From contig JAQGDQ010000028.1 of the NCBI GenBank assembly GCA_030141605.1, positions 1,004,321 through 1,068,320 of the forward strand: a stretch of DNA of 64,000 nt. Reading direction: 5' to 3'. The notes beneath the pieces were generated by a model, which worked only from the letters and a program-made list of their open reading frames with translations, ran no database searches and was not told the DNA's origin. Position numbers and translations under genes: made by a program. This document shows positions 27,301 to 38,670 of the stretch, in pieces (within the stretch, counting starts at the first letter, position 1; every line of letters begins with the position of its first letter). The stretch is from Tubiluchus corallicola. Its lineage: Eukaryota > Animalia > Priapulida.

Positions 27301-29872
27301 AATTACAACACTTTGGTTAATGTGTAAACGGTTAAAAAAGTTTTCCTCTATTGGTTTTCTAAAGGTTTTCTAAGAAATTTTATGGTTTCATCCTCGTATT
27401 CTACCCAAAAGAAACGCTGTTGAAAACTTATTTTTAACAACTGCTCTTCGCTATAGCTGAAGTTCTTATCTCCACTGCAGTGGAACAACAACAATGTAAT
27501 TTGTGATTAAAAATTTTCATTTTTAAAGTTGCTGCAGTAGCCATTGAAAACTTGGTGCTAGCCAAGGGTCAGTGCAGAATTGCAGACATTACTTAGCTGT
27601 AGCAAAATAATTGACACCAAGCCATACAATTACATTGATATGTTGTTAGATAATACCTGTGATTTTAAATTTAACCAACATTTTGTTACTCAAATCAAAT
27701 GTTAATATTTTTCTAGTTGGAAAGGCGAAAATCCTTGATATAATGGATGCGTGCATAAGCAAACCTCGACCGGAAACCTCGAAAGGAAATTTGCCAGTGA
27801 CAGAAAAGTTGGAAGTTCCGATGCACAGGCGGTCTAGATTTATCGGCACTGGTGGCTACAACTTGAAAAAGATTTTGTCCGAGACGGGTGTTCAGATTAG
27901 CCCTGCAGAGGACACCACTTTCAATGTTTTTGCACCAAATCAAACTGCTATGGAAGAAGCTAAGGAAGTGATCGATAAATTACTCACAGAAGAGGTGATT
28001 TTGTTATTAATTAATAATAAATGTATACCAGTTAAGTAATCATGCTGAATTGTTAAACATCTCTGGAGAAATTAAATTTAAATATCAGGTGGCAGCACAA
28101 ATGTTTTATTTTAGCATAGTGTATTGACAATTTTGTAATTTACAAAGGAGGGCAGTTGTTTGTAGTGAAAGTAAACGCACGTAATTATCAGTGATAATCA
28201 TTTAGAGTTTCTAGATTAAGATGAGAAACAAAATGGCAGACATCCTGGTCTTGCTTGTATTCATGTACATCCTCAGAAAAAATAGACAAGGCAGTATCGC
28301 AGGTGAACCTGTCCAGAAGTTGTTTTTGTTGCAGAAGGCTATTTGTCTCCTGACTAGGCTTAGCATTACTTAACTTCGGTTGCTTGAATACACACCCTAA
28401 CAACTTAGTTATTTGACTTCTAACATCACCAATAGATTCCGACAGTCTCAGTGATTGAGGGGTTCCAGGACAGTGAGAAAGCAACAAACCTTGCACACCT
28501 TTTATCTCTGCTTTTTATTTTTATTACTACGTTGTCCATTTCTTGCTGCTCATGCTTATAGTCATTTACACACATTTCTCTCTATGCGCAGATAAACTGC
28601 ACATAGACTAGATTATTACATTTATCAAACCAGTCCAATCTGCTTTAGCTTTTTAATACATACATGTGAATATGTAAAATACAGTTCATGAATTAACTAA
28701 ATAAAGCTCTTGCCACTTTTCCCAATGTATTTTCATTGTAGTGCGAGAGAAGTTAGACAAAATACTGACAATTGTAGAATTAAAACAAGAATTCCGTTGT
28801 GGATATAAGAACATAGTATTAAGACATTATATTGGTTTTCACTAATCTCAAAACTTTCTTAGCAAGCACATTAGTATTAGCATTAATATTTTGCTTATTT
28901 GCAGATTTTCATCTTGGTAGCACCTATTTGAACATGTCTTTTTCACCCTTTTGTCAGTAGTGTAACTGTTATGTCTATTTTCTTTGAGAAACATTGTTTT
29001 TATGTTGATGTATTTTTTGTTATTTAGAAAGAGCCAATATTAGAATTCGGAGCAATTTATACGGCAAAAGTCGTAGAAATCAGGGAAGTCGGAGTTATGG
29101 TACAGCTGTATCCCAGCATGCAGCCTGCTTTGATACATAACTCTCAGCTCGATCAGCGAAAGGTACGCACCTGTGGTTGAATTCTACCTAAACAATACTA
29201 AGTGATTAGTTCAGTTATTTATTTTTATGGCCAGTTTTGGTAACCATTACTGTTTGTACACATGACTTATAGAAAATTTTTGACACATATTAGACACTTA
29301 ACGCTGAAAGTAAATCGAGTGAAAAAAACGCTATCAAAGGATTTATCATTTCAGGCCTTAGTCTTTGTAGGTTACTACATTAACCTAGAACAAATTCAAT
29401 ATTTTCTGGTTCGTTTTTGTAGTAATTTTTGTAAAAACATGGTGGCTGGCACAATTGGGTTAAGTTTCATTACATTTTCTTGAATTAAATGTAGTGTGAT
29501 GAATCAATTAGATGTAGGCCATGTTGACTTTCTTGAGCTTTCAAGATGTTAGTTAACATTTCATCATTGTCGTAATCTTTGACCAGAGCACACTATGATT
29601 TCAGTATTTTGCCAACAACATTTATGTTGAAATTTATATAGCAGAATTTGAATGAATGAACATTTTTTATACTCGACTTCTTACTTATTTAGATCAACCA
29701 TCCAAGTGCATTAGGTTTAAAAGTTGACCAGGAAATATCGGTCAAATATTTTGGGAGAGATCCTGTTAGTGGCCGAATGAGGTTGTCGAGGAAGGTGTTG
29801 CAGACACCGGCTCGCTCTGTAATCAGAAATCTTGGAGTGTCAATAAATACGGCTCAGACAACGGGACAGTAA
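9355..29872 (+). CDS. PNPT1: Mitochondrial polyribonucleotide nucleotidyltransferase (PNPase), 17 exons, ~779 aa
   Basis: Exons 9355-9521, 11371-11431, 12403-12477, 13061-13216, 14291-14402, 14966-15079, 15795-15981, 17468-17519, 18262-18416, 19212-19385, 24325-24361, 25182-25338, 26235-26398, 27106-27241, 27717-27994, 29028-29162, 29693-29872 (2340 nt, in frame, GT-AG). Motifs [60 protein letters not shown] and S1 domains; basic mitochondrial-presequence-like N-terminus. An in-frame ATG at 9310 is an alternative start. Confidence 0.96.
9538..11275 (-). mobile_element. Decayed, 5'-truncated Ty3/Gypsy LTR retrotransposon in PNPT1 intron 1
   Basis: Frameshifted pol fragments [40 protein letters not shown] (degenerate YxDD), KELQSFL, and integrase zinc-region [20 protein letters not shown]. 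Polypurine tract AGGGGAAGG (9697-9705) is followed by a TG...CA 3' LTR candidate at 9696-9538. Confidence 0.85.
11763..12046. repeat. 86-bp tandem repeat (about 3 copies) preceded by an inverted partial copy
   Basis: Units start at 11802, 11888 and 11974 (aaagcaacatg...); 11763-11782 is a near reverse complement of 11802-11821. Confidence 0.9.
14421..14697. mobile_element. Degenerate Tc1/pogo-like MITE
   Basis: TA|CAGTCAACTCTGCTTAA ... TAAGCAGAGAGTTAACTA|TA imperfect TIRs flanked by TA. Confidence 0.5.
18852..19170 (+). mobile_element. Probable tRNA-derived SINE remnant ending in (TTA)n/(TTG)n
   Basis: A-box-like tggtttagtctagtgg; core ggtcgtaccgcatactttaaaaatgatacctgctgttgccctgcccggcacgtggtattaaggg resembles (from memory) the Meta/MESC SINE core; simple-repeat tail at ~19112-19168. 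Confidence 0.5.
20140..23839 (-). CDS. Golgi carbohydrate (Gal/GlcNAc-6-O) sulfotransferase-like protein, CHST1-7 family, nested antisense in PNPT1 intron 10; 4 exons, ~395 aa
   Basis: Exons 23839-23680, 22773-22053, 20882-20751, 20314-20140 join in frame (1188 nt). Basic N-tail plus TM anchor ([18 protein letters not shown]); 5'-PSB-like [15 protein letters not shown]...FYIYEPL; KTIR; 3'-PB-like [12 protein letters not shown]; YMRIRYEDV; WR...IEVVC..LMKLDY. Confidence 0.88.
26850..27020. repeat. Degenerate (GATTA)n/(GGTTA)n pentanucleotide repeat
   Basis: Runs such as attagattagactgaattagattagattggatc. Confidence 0.75.
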
Positions 29873-31880
29873 GTTATGTGAGCATTTGCTGGTGTTTTAT
29901 CTTCACGAAGACATGATTATGTGGCCCGACAGTGAGAAAGCTTAACATCAAAATAATATGTTTTCTGGTAAGTTATATCTTTGACTAATCTGTTGTTTAC
30001 ATTTTGCAGAACAAGCTGAATTTTCAATATTTTAATTGTAATCTCACTTTAAAGCAAGGTTATCTTTTCTTGCCCATCTGCCTGTAAAGATTTTATACTT
30101 TAACTGCTTGAATCCACTTGGCATATGGTGGTCCCATGTGTAGCTGATAGTTAAAAGATAGTTGATTAACAAGACTTCTAGTAAATCATGTATATTAATT
30201 CAAGCATTGCGCAATTACTGTGATTATTATCATTTTCATGATTTCTAACAAACTCAGATTGTTTTACTGTCGCTAATTAGCTAGAGTTGCTGAACGTGAT
30301 TCAACACTTACATTGTTTTGCAATGTAGTTTCCTTTAAGTTATTTTGAATAACAACCACTTTCTGTATAGTGGCGCACTGATAATAGGTCTCACCGGCAA
30401 TTTTTTGTTTTATGAAAGTTTTTGTTTTGCTAAAGTTATGAAAATGTAAAGCTCATTGAGTTTTCTTCATTCATAATCATCAGTCACGTTTGTGTCTGTA
30501 TTTTTTTTAAATGCATACCATAATTTGCCTAAACTGATCTGAAAAACTGCAGCCATATTTTTAACTATAAAATTGTATATTATATTGTAAATATTTGTTA
30601 AATATTGTTACTTAATAAATGACCATGTTTCTATTATTGTTAAAACAGCCAAAATTTTATTGCTTTCATATTTTGGTCTTACATAGTGTATGTAAACTCT
30701 CGCATCTCGCAGTATGCTGTATACCACAGCACAGCAGCAGGTGAGAAGTTACGTATGTGAGCACATACTGACCACAAAGTTTTTAAACGTTTTGTAATGG
30801 ACTGAAATTAAAAGGTTAATGCAACTGGAATTTCTGAGCCTAAAGAGCATTTTGATAGCCTTTTTGGCAGGTGCAATGTAATAAAATTTTAAAACTGACG
30901 TTAGTCAAGTAATGCAAAAAATTGATTTCTGCAGTGTGAAAATAAGAAGTTGCTGATAGGTGGATGAATTTTTTTATTTTCAGTTTTACTTTGAAACAAA
31001 TTGAAACTCACTGTACTTTCAGAATGAATGATATAGTCGAATTTTATTCACTTGTGCTCTTACTAGTTTTTGGTTTTATAATTGAAATGATCAATTTTAT
31101 TGGTCAGAAAGCTTGGCAGTTGTAAAAATTTGTGCTCAAATAAAGGGTGAACATTTCGAATCGAGGTAGTCTTACATGATAGCGAAAAATTGGGGCTACT
31201 GTACTTGGATATAATACAAATTAGTTTGGATACGGCTCGGTACTTAAAAATGAGTGACTACTAACAGTCTGTTGCACTTAGCTAAGCAGGGTATAATAAA
31301 ATTCCTGGTGCAAATTATTTATGCACAATACCCTGTGATACATTCCTACTTGACTAGGAAGCTATCATTTTATGCAGGCGCATAATCAAGTTCAGCCTTC
31401 ATTTACCATACATAATCAGGGGCATTGAGGTCACCATGTGACTCAATCCGAAATAATTCAATTTGCCCCATTTTCTTCTACATGATGTTTCATAGGTGTT
31501 GGCGGGTTGGGAGTACCTACTTCGCACTTGTGAACAATAGATTTCAAATGCAGTTGTGAATCATCACACTACTGACTTTAATAACTCTGTAAAAACATGA
31601 GGACAACAGTTTATCTAGTATCTAAATGCATCAGTTTATTCTGCAACAATAACCCTTTCAGAAAATGTATCTATGCACTCTGATTGGTCTTATATACATT
31701 GTTAGAATCTAAACAGTTTTACAATTTAACTACCTTATATACACAGATTAAATTCGTATCATATAGATTACCTTCTCATTCTCTTGATACACAGCGCAGG
31801 AGCAGCATTTTGTGCAATGCACGCAAAGAAATGAAGCTGCTATGCTATCAAAAAGAAATTCGCGTTTAAAAAAATAGCTA

Positions 31881-31994
31881 AATACATTGTCATAATGTAC
31901 TCACAACACACATAATCAATACATTGTCATAATGTATTCAAACACACGTATAATCAACACATTGTCATAATGTATTCACAACACACGCTTAATC
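31881..31994. repeat. ~38-bp tandem repeat, 3 copies
   Basis: Unit aatacattgtcataatgta(c/t)tcacaacacac(gt)ataatc repeated three times. Confidence 0.88.
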
Positions 31995-32600
31995 GTTTGT
32001 AACAGATAAATGAAATCATAAGTGCAGTAGAAGCATTCTGCTGTACGTTGCAAACAACAGAGTATCTAATAAATTTTTGGGCTGAGCAAGAAACAACAGT
32101 GGATATAATTAATGTAAAGAGTTAAAAAATAATCATTTCATCAGTATACTGTTTCTCCTCTCTTCTGACGATTCAAGAACTTACTAGCAATGCCAGCCAA
32201 TTTTATCCGTCCTGTACAGAATTTTATCCTCTCTCTGTCACATTTTTGTTAGTCACTATTAATCAAAAGCTCCCATGTCTATTTTTTGTTGTGCACAAGG
32301 TATATCATTCAGAATAAATGTAATGCATAGTATTCCAGTGTGCCTAACTGGATGACTCACCACTTCACATTGCACACTTCAGCTTTTCTCACATGACAAA
32401 ATCCTGTACGCTAGACAGATTTTGATATATTAAAATATCACTTATCTTTTGTGAACTGAATTGAATCCTCTGAATTCTATTCAGCATTAGTAATTAGTAC
32501 AACATTATTTCTTTAGCGGGAACAGTAATGCACATCACTAACGCGCCAATTGCAAGCAGTCAATTGCAAGAACACTGAAATCAGTATCGTGAAGCTCGAA

Positions 32601-34958
32601 TTAAGCGTTGAGGTCTGTAAGTTGTTCCGATTTCTCCCATTCAATATATGTGGGCCTAAGTACCATTACTTCTTCCGGACCAGTGACGACCTCCCACTTG
32701 TTGGCTTCACGTTTCAGCTTTATATGAATAGGCTTAACAAACATCTGATCAATGTCGTGATCGAGTTCATAGTCATGATGGGCTGACAGGTACCCCGGCA
32801 GTGTGGCCGGTATGAAAGATGAGTCCGACACTTGCACATAATGAAATAAGCGTTTCAGTTGCTCATAGCTGACAAACATAACAATGTTCCAAGAGCCAAG
32901 TCGCATGTAGGCTGGCAAGAACCTGGAAAAAACAAAAACCAATCATTAGTTCTGCCACTTCTAGGATTCCAATGATTTCCTCATACTGCAGACTTACCCG
33001 TGCTTCCTGATACTGCAAACTTACCTGGCAATTTCTTCATTTGTTTCTAGCACCAAAAAAATGGAATGTATATATGTCACTCGCACAAGTTATTGCCTTT
33101 ACTGGTGACAGCAATTATAAAATATTCCATTTTCACATAATCTAAACAGAAGGAATCACTCACCCCTTGTAAAAAGTGAATATTCCCCTTTCTTTAAACA
33201 TATTCATAGCACAGGCTAAGACTCCAGCATATTTTCCTGGTGGTGAATTCATGTACCTAGTTTTAACGACATCTATGGGTGAGGCAACAACAGTCGTGAC
33301 GAAGCCGGCCACCAAAGCAGAGACAAAGTGACACGGCAGACGATCCTTCATGAGATTGTAAAGCAGAATGTTCTCTTTGACAATGTCGTAGACGACCACC
33401 TCTGAAGTGTTTACTACAGCATTTCTCGTCACGTTTGGAACACAACCTGAAAAAAGTGATACCTTATTTCACAGTCACAGCTAGCTGGTTATGCTACACT
33501 TGCAGCTACAGGGACCAATAACTTTCAGAAAATCTTTTTAAATTATACTTGCAGGATTCAAGCTCTGCTAAAAATAGTGAACCACAGCATACTAAAATGG
33601 GGTGTCAATACATCTTCAAGCCACTTAAAATGTCACTTATTGTGTTATAATGAACAATCTGATCTACAAGGTGGATAAATCGGACTGATACCTTTCCACA
33701 GCCCTCTCCTCACTCCTTCCTCTCTTAGGATGGTACGGTAAGCATTGAATGCACCGGTGTAACGAGCCGGACCCTTTCCTTTACTCTGCGCTTGCATGCG
33801 AATCTTCACTACATCAGTGGGCTGAGCAAACAAGACAGCCATACCACCTGTGCTGACACCTGCTGCTATTCGTAATGTAACACCAGGATTCGACGTTTTT
33901 CCAAAATCTGGAAAAAAACAGAAACACGCTTTGCAATGGCATATTGAATAAAAGTCTTTCTTTTACAAACCTTTGCTGATATCAATGTGGTAAAACATCT
34001 AAGCATCACACTTACTCTTCGAGTGACATTTCTTTTAAAAGCACTGCTAGTAGTGCATACCTTCTACACAGACACAAATATTGCAAAGCTCCTTATGAAA
34101 TCAGATGCACATATTAAAAGTTGCACACAACGTAGTACTTACAATCTTTTAATAGACTATTATAGAATGTTTTGACATTATCGTATAGACCCACACGAAC
34201 TGAGGCGAATGCCATCTGCCGCTGCAGACCAGCTGATATACCACTGTATAAGGCCTTTGGTCCTTCCTGTCTAACGATAGTGGTAATTGTTCCGAGCAAG
34301 CCTCGATACCTCATTGTGCCACCGCCTTCTCCCTGAACCTGTAAATAAAAACTGGCAAGTCACTTATACGTGTTTGAAGGATGAAGTCAGTGTGATGCCC
34401 AATGTCCCTATTTAACCTATTGCCAAGACATGCACTCTGAAATCTAAAACTGCAGTCTCAGATTGTACTAATTCCTCCCTCCTCTTTGACTGCTTGAAAT
34501 TGCTTACTTAGGCTGGTGCTCACCTTTTGTGATGTCACCAATCATAGTGATGTCAGGGCACATATGCAAACTTGTAAAAATCTCATTTGCAGTCAGTAGT
34601 ATTATTAAAGTCTACAAGGTAGGGCGCTTAACAGCCCTGCAACATTAGGCACTGCCAATAGTGAAACATAAAATCACATCTTTAGCAAAAACTATACGTT
34701 AGATTCAAAGACAAAATTTTAATGGTAGTAGATTACAAGAAAATTATTGCAATGTTTGTTGGCCCAATAGTTCCTATACTCCAAGAAAAAAGTCTTTGGA
34801 CATCCCAAAGTCATCAAACGGCTTGCCTGTAATCTAACTTTTGCTGTGTCCAAAGGAATCGTTGCCAATTCAGCAATGCAACCACCCATTCCGGCAGCTA
34901 CCATCCGAGCTCCGATAGCTAGTGGAGGTCCTGGTTGAGTACTTGAGCTTCCAACCAT
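32601..34958 (-). CDS. UCP2: Mitochondrial uncoupling protein, UCP2/UCP3-like (SLC25), 5 coding exons, ~382 aa
   Basis: Exons 34958-34827 (GC donor), 34338-34143, 33907-33692, 33446-33164, 32922-32601 (1149 nt, in frame). Carrier motifs [32 protein letters not shown], plus [17 protein letters not shown] and [18 protein letters not shown] typical of the UCP1-3 clade. Confidence 0.93.
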
Positions 34959-35308
34959 ATTGGCGTTGTTGGTCTTTTGCGAAAGTCGGAAAAACAAACT
35001 TTTGTACAACGTTTATAAGAACTTGAGCAAGTATACAAAAATAAACCTGTAACAAAAAAGCATAGTACATTTAAATCTTAATGTGCGTGACATTGAGTAA
35101 TGCTTTTAATCATGTACGTGTATTTAGAAGATTCACCAACTAACGACATGAAAAAAGTTTACACATTTGCACGATATCTAATGTCAATCACATAGCTTAG
35201 AAGAATTTTCTATTATATATTTAAAGTATTCTCAAATGCAAGATTGCCTAATATTGAAATACTGTAGTATTACAGGGTCTATATAATGTTTCTCCGGATC
35301 TACATAAA

Positions 35309-35373
35309 AACATTGTTCATGTGGGTTTCAATGTGCAACAGAACATTGTTCATGTGGGTTTCAATGTGCAACA
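35309..35373. repeat. Perfect 32-bp direct duplication
   Basis: aacattgttcatgtgggtttcaatgtgcaaca at 35309 and again at 35342. Confidence 0.9.
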
Positions 35374-35493
35374 ATCTTCTCTAGTACATACTTGAATGAG
35401 CAGTTTATTCTGTACTTTTTGTAGAAGTAACGTCAGAAGTTTTCATGGTACCATTATGATTACAAACTAAACAATGAAATAGTAAATACTCAC

Positions 35494-35715
35494 TGTTTGA
35501 CTAGGAATTATGTGATCACAGAATATTTCTCAATTTCTGACTTTTGTAGTTTTCACAAATCAGGAGGTCTAATATTGCTGCTCTTTCTGTATGGTGAAGC
35601 ACGAGCGCTACTTTTTCGCTTGGGATTGTTTGTCACGTGTTGATCAGGAACTGTGGTACTTATTTCCATTTAACTGCCAGTCGACTCAAAGCACAACAAG
35701 CTCAACTTTCAAGAT
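35494..35715 (-). other. Predicted UCP 5'UTR exon 2 (contains the uORF)
   Basis: Acceptor ttgtttcag|35715 and donor 35494|gtgagt; next acceptor ttgttacag|35046 leads into the ATG-containing exon. Confidence 0.65.
35553..35669 (-). CDS. Upstream ORF (38 aa) in the predicted UCP 5'UTR
   Basis: MEISTTVPDQHVTNNPKRKSSARASPYRKSSNIRPPDL*; only ATG in the predicted spliced leader. Confidence 0.55.
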   Translation of the reverse strand: MEISTTVPDQHVTNNPKRKSSARASPYRKSSNIRPPDL

Positions 35716-38481
35716 CTGAAACAACATTACAGAGATGATAGATGTGTAGTAAATTTTATTTTTGGCATTATAAAGCTTAGGGTGTTACACCATAAATTAC
35801 GTTTGAAAAGCTAAAGATGATGTAGATAGAATCTGCACGCTCTGTTGTGCTTTTTATTCAATGATTTCTCTGCTATTATTTACCTTTTTTAGAAATTTTA
35901 GAGTTTTAGAAATTTAGTATCTTTGTACGTTTATCTTGTACATGTATTTGTGTGTTTATGCTTCTTAAATAATTGTTTCTGATTACGAGTGACAGATTTT
36001 ACAGAACCAAAATTTGTTGGTGAACTGACAAAATATCGACTTGTAACTGCTAAGTATTAAATACTCTACAGTTATACCTGAGAAGTTGTTATAAAACAAT
36101 AGTATCTTTGGAAAGTTGGGCATTATTTTATATTCTCAGATCATTTATTCCAAAGAAACCATATACCTGTTTTAGGAAAATAACTTGCATTTTTTATATT
36201 TCATAGTCATTTCCCAACTTCCTTAGAAGGAACAGGACAGAATATACTGACATATAATAAGTGTGTCTACACATTAGGAAGTGATTACGAAATTGGAATA
36301 AATAGCCATGTCTTTGCTTAAGTGAGCGCAGGCAGTTATTTTCACATTAGGAATTCCTTCCATTTTGTGCGGCACATTCTATTTACAAGCACATTTATGT
36401 GCGGTTTAACAAATTGGCTATCCATGATATTGGATACACTAAGCTGACCACACAAGCATTTTCTGTAGCCAGCACCCTAGACCATCAGGTTGGATATTTA
36501 CAGACTTATAACAGTTTGTATGTAGACGTAGCTGACAAGTCTGTCATGTGCTCACATGCTTAACATCACAATAAGGAACTTCTTAAGACCTAGATAGATG
36601 TAGACTCGGCAATCGGCTGCACTGCTGCTGGAGTAAATAAAAGCACTGTTTTCGGCGCTAGATGGCGACATAGTGATAGTTCAGTAATGAATGTTCAAGC
36701 AGAATGTGAGTAAGGTATCTGAGGCAACTTGTCTAAAAATAGACCACAACTTTATGCTTTGGAGTATTGCCTATAGAATACATTAGTGAGTACCAGCGTC
36801 CGAATACTGCGAATAGTACGTGGAATGCGCTGTTAACAGCTGCTATAGCTTACATAGTAAACAAAGAACAGAGTCTTTCCAGGATAATTTATATATTACA
36901 GCTATGCCAAGACAATAGTACGCGTAAAAACACAATTGTACTAACGCCACAGAACTCTGTGTCACATGAATAGTCGTAGATTGTTGGTTTTTTTTCAGTT
37001 TTTGAGGTACCATCTTCTTAATGCTGCTACAGCAAGCGAGCACAACACCAAAAGAACAGTATTTTTTCTGCGAATATTTTGCATAATTATAAAGTACACG
37101 CTGAGAACTTCTGTTCACGATAGCGGTATAAAATTACAGTTCTGGGTGTTTTTGCATATTATAAGTATAACCCGAACAACAATACACGAGTTCGTTTGTA
37201 ATAACCAGGTTATCTACAAGCAGTACAGGCCTAAATTACCGTAGATTAAATGATACGACTTTTATATTATAAGTCAAAGCAATACTGCTTAATGGTTTGT
37301 ACAAAAAAGTGGAGGGAGTATCTTTCATTTCAAGCTGTACACATTGCTTAATTATCCAGCAAATTCTGCAACTACTACGCTCAAAATCATTTATTCATGA
37401 AAATAACTAGTGAATCGAATACGAATTCGGTCTATCAACAAAAAATGATGCACATCGTCGCCTTTAGCACATTCTTGCAATACACAGTACTCAATTTTTT
37501 GCAACCAGTTTGCCATTTAGCCTCTGGTCACATACACCGTGAAAAAAAACAAGGACGAGAGCTAAAAGTTCAGTTTCAGGAATACCCAGGTATCGCGCGT
37601 GACTATGAAAACCAGCATGCAGCTGTGCGTAACGAAATAAATACATTATTATTAAGGAACCAGTCGCCGGGGCTTAAAAACAAGTAAAAATGTGCCTGTT
37701 TGTGGCTACCCCAGTCCTATATCTGTCACCTTTTGCATTTTATCGACCAAGTTAGAAAAAGTCAGTATCACGATAATCGCCAGCAAAACAGAGTTCTTGG
37801 TTTGAATCGGGTTTCTGCCTATTTTTCTTGCTCAGTCTTTGCATCTTCATGCAGGATAATGTAACGCCCATGATTCAAGCTAGTCTACGTGTAAGATAGT
37901 ACTAAGAATATAATGTAATTGATAATAATTAAATGGTAGTATCATACAATTTCCTTTGTGTTCAAAATTTGTTTCGATTTTTTTATTAATTAACAAATTT
38001 TAAGAAGTTTAATAATTTGAAAATAGCATATCAAGTAGTCTGCATGGGCATTTTAGCTGTAAAATGGTACACGAATTGCGTCAGATACTTCATTATTTTT
38101 AGGTTTGGAATTTTTATGTAGCGACCGCGCTACCTGTGTAAACCAATCCATCTGAATTGCACGTGCGCCAACTTTTTATTTATGCGTGTTGCTAGAAATC
38201 AATTACAAAATAACTTTTGCATGTAGGCCTACGACTTGTAAATGGGTGTCAAAAAATCATTTAAAACAGAGATTATTTCGCTTTGTGTAAGGCTTCAGAC
38301 TTTGAGTATACGTATACCCGATTTATTCCGACAATGTTAAGGGGCACAAGCGTCGAAACTCCTTAGACGCTCGAGAACATTTAAATGTTATTTTTCGATA
38401 AAAGTATTTTTCAATGAATTTTAAGCGAGGTTGGAACTTAGACTTTCATAGGCAATGGCAAAAACTGATTTCAAAACTTAC

Positions 38482-38670
38482 CTGCAACAAACGTTTCCAA
38501 TCCAATCCGGAAACACGATATGACCACTGTTCCTCTCTAGTCCTCTAACCTACACCTTTCACCACACGTAACAAATGCAAGTCAAAACAGCTGAACTGAT
38601 AGCCATGCCCTATATTTTCGCTGATGTACAGCTGTCAACAGGGGTGTGTCTCCAGCAGCCAATCACGGGC
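38482..38670 (-). promoter_or_regulatory. Predicted UCP core promoter and non-coding exon 1
   Basis: Strong donor ttgcag|gtaagt at 38482/38481; Inr-like TCAGTT at 38599-38594; CCAAT at 38659-38663; CpG-richer surroundings. Confidence 0.55.
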
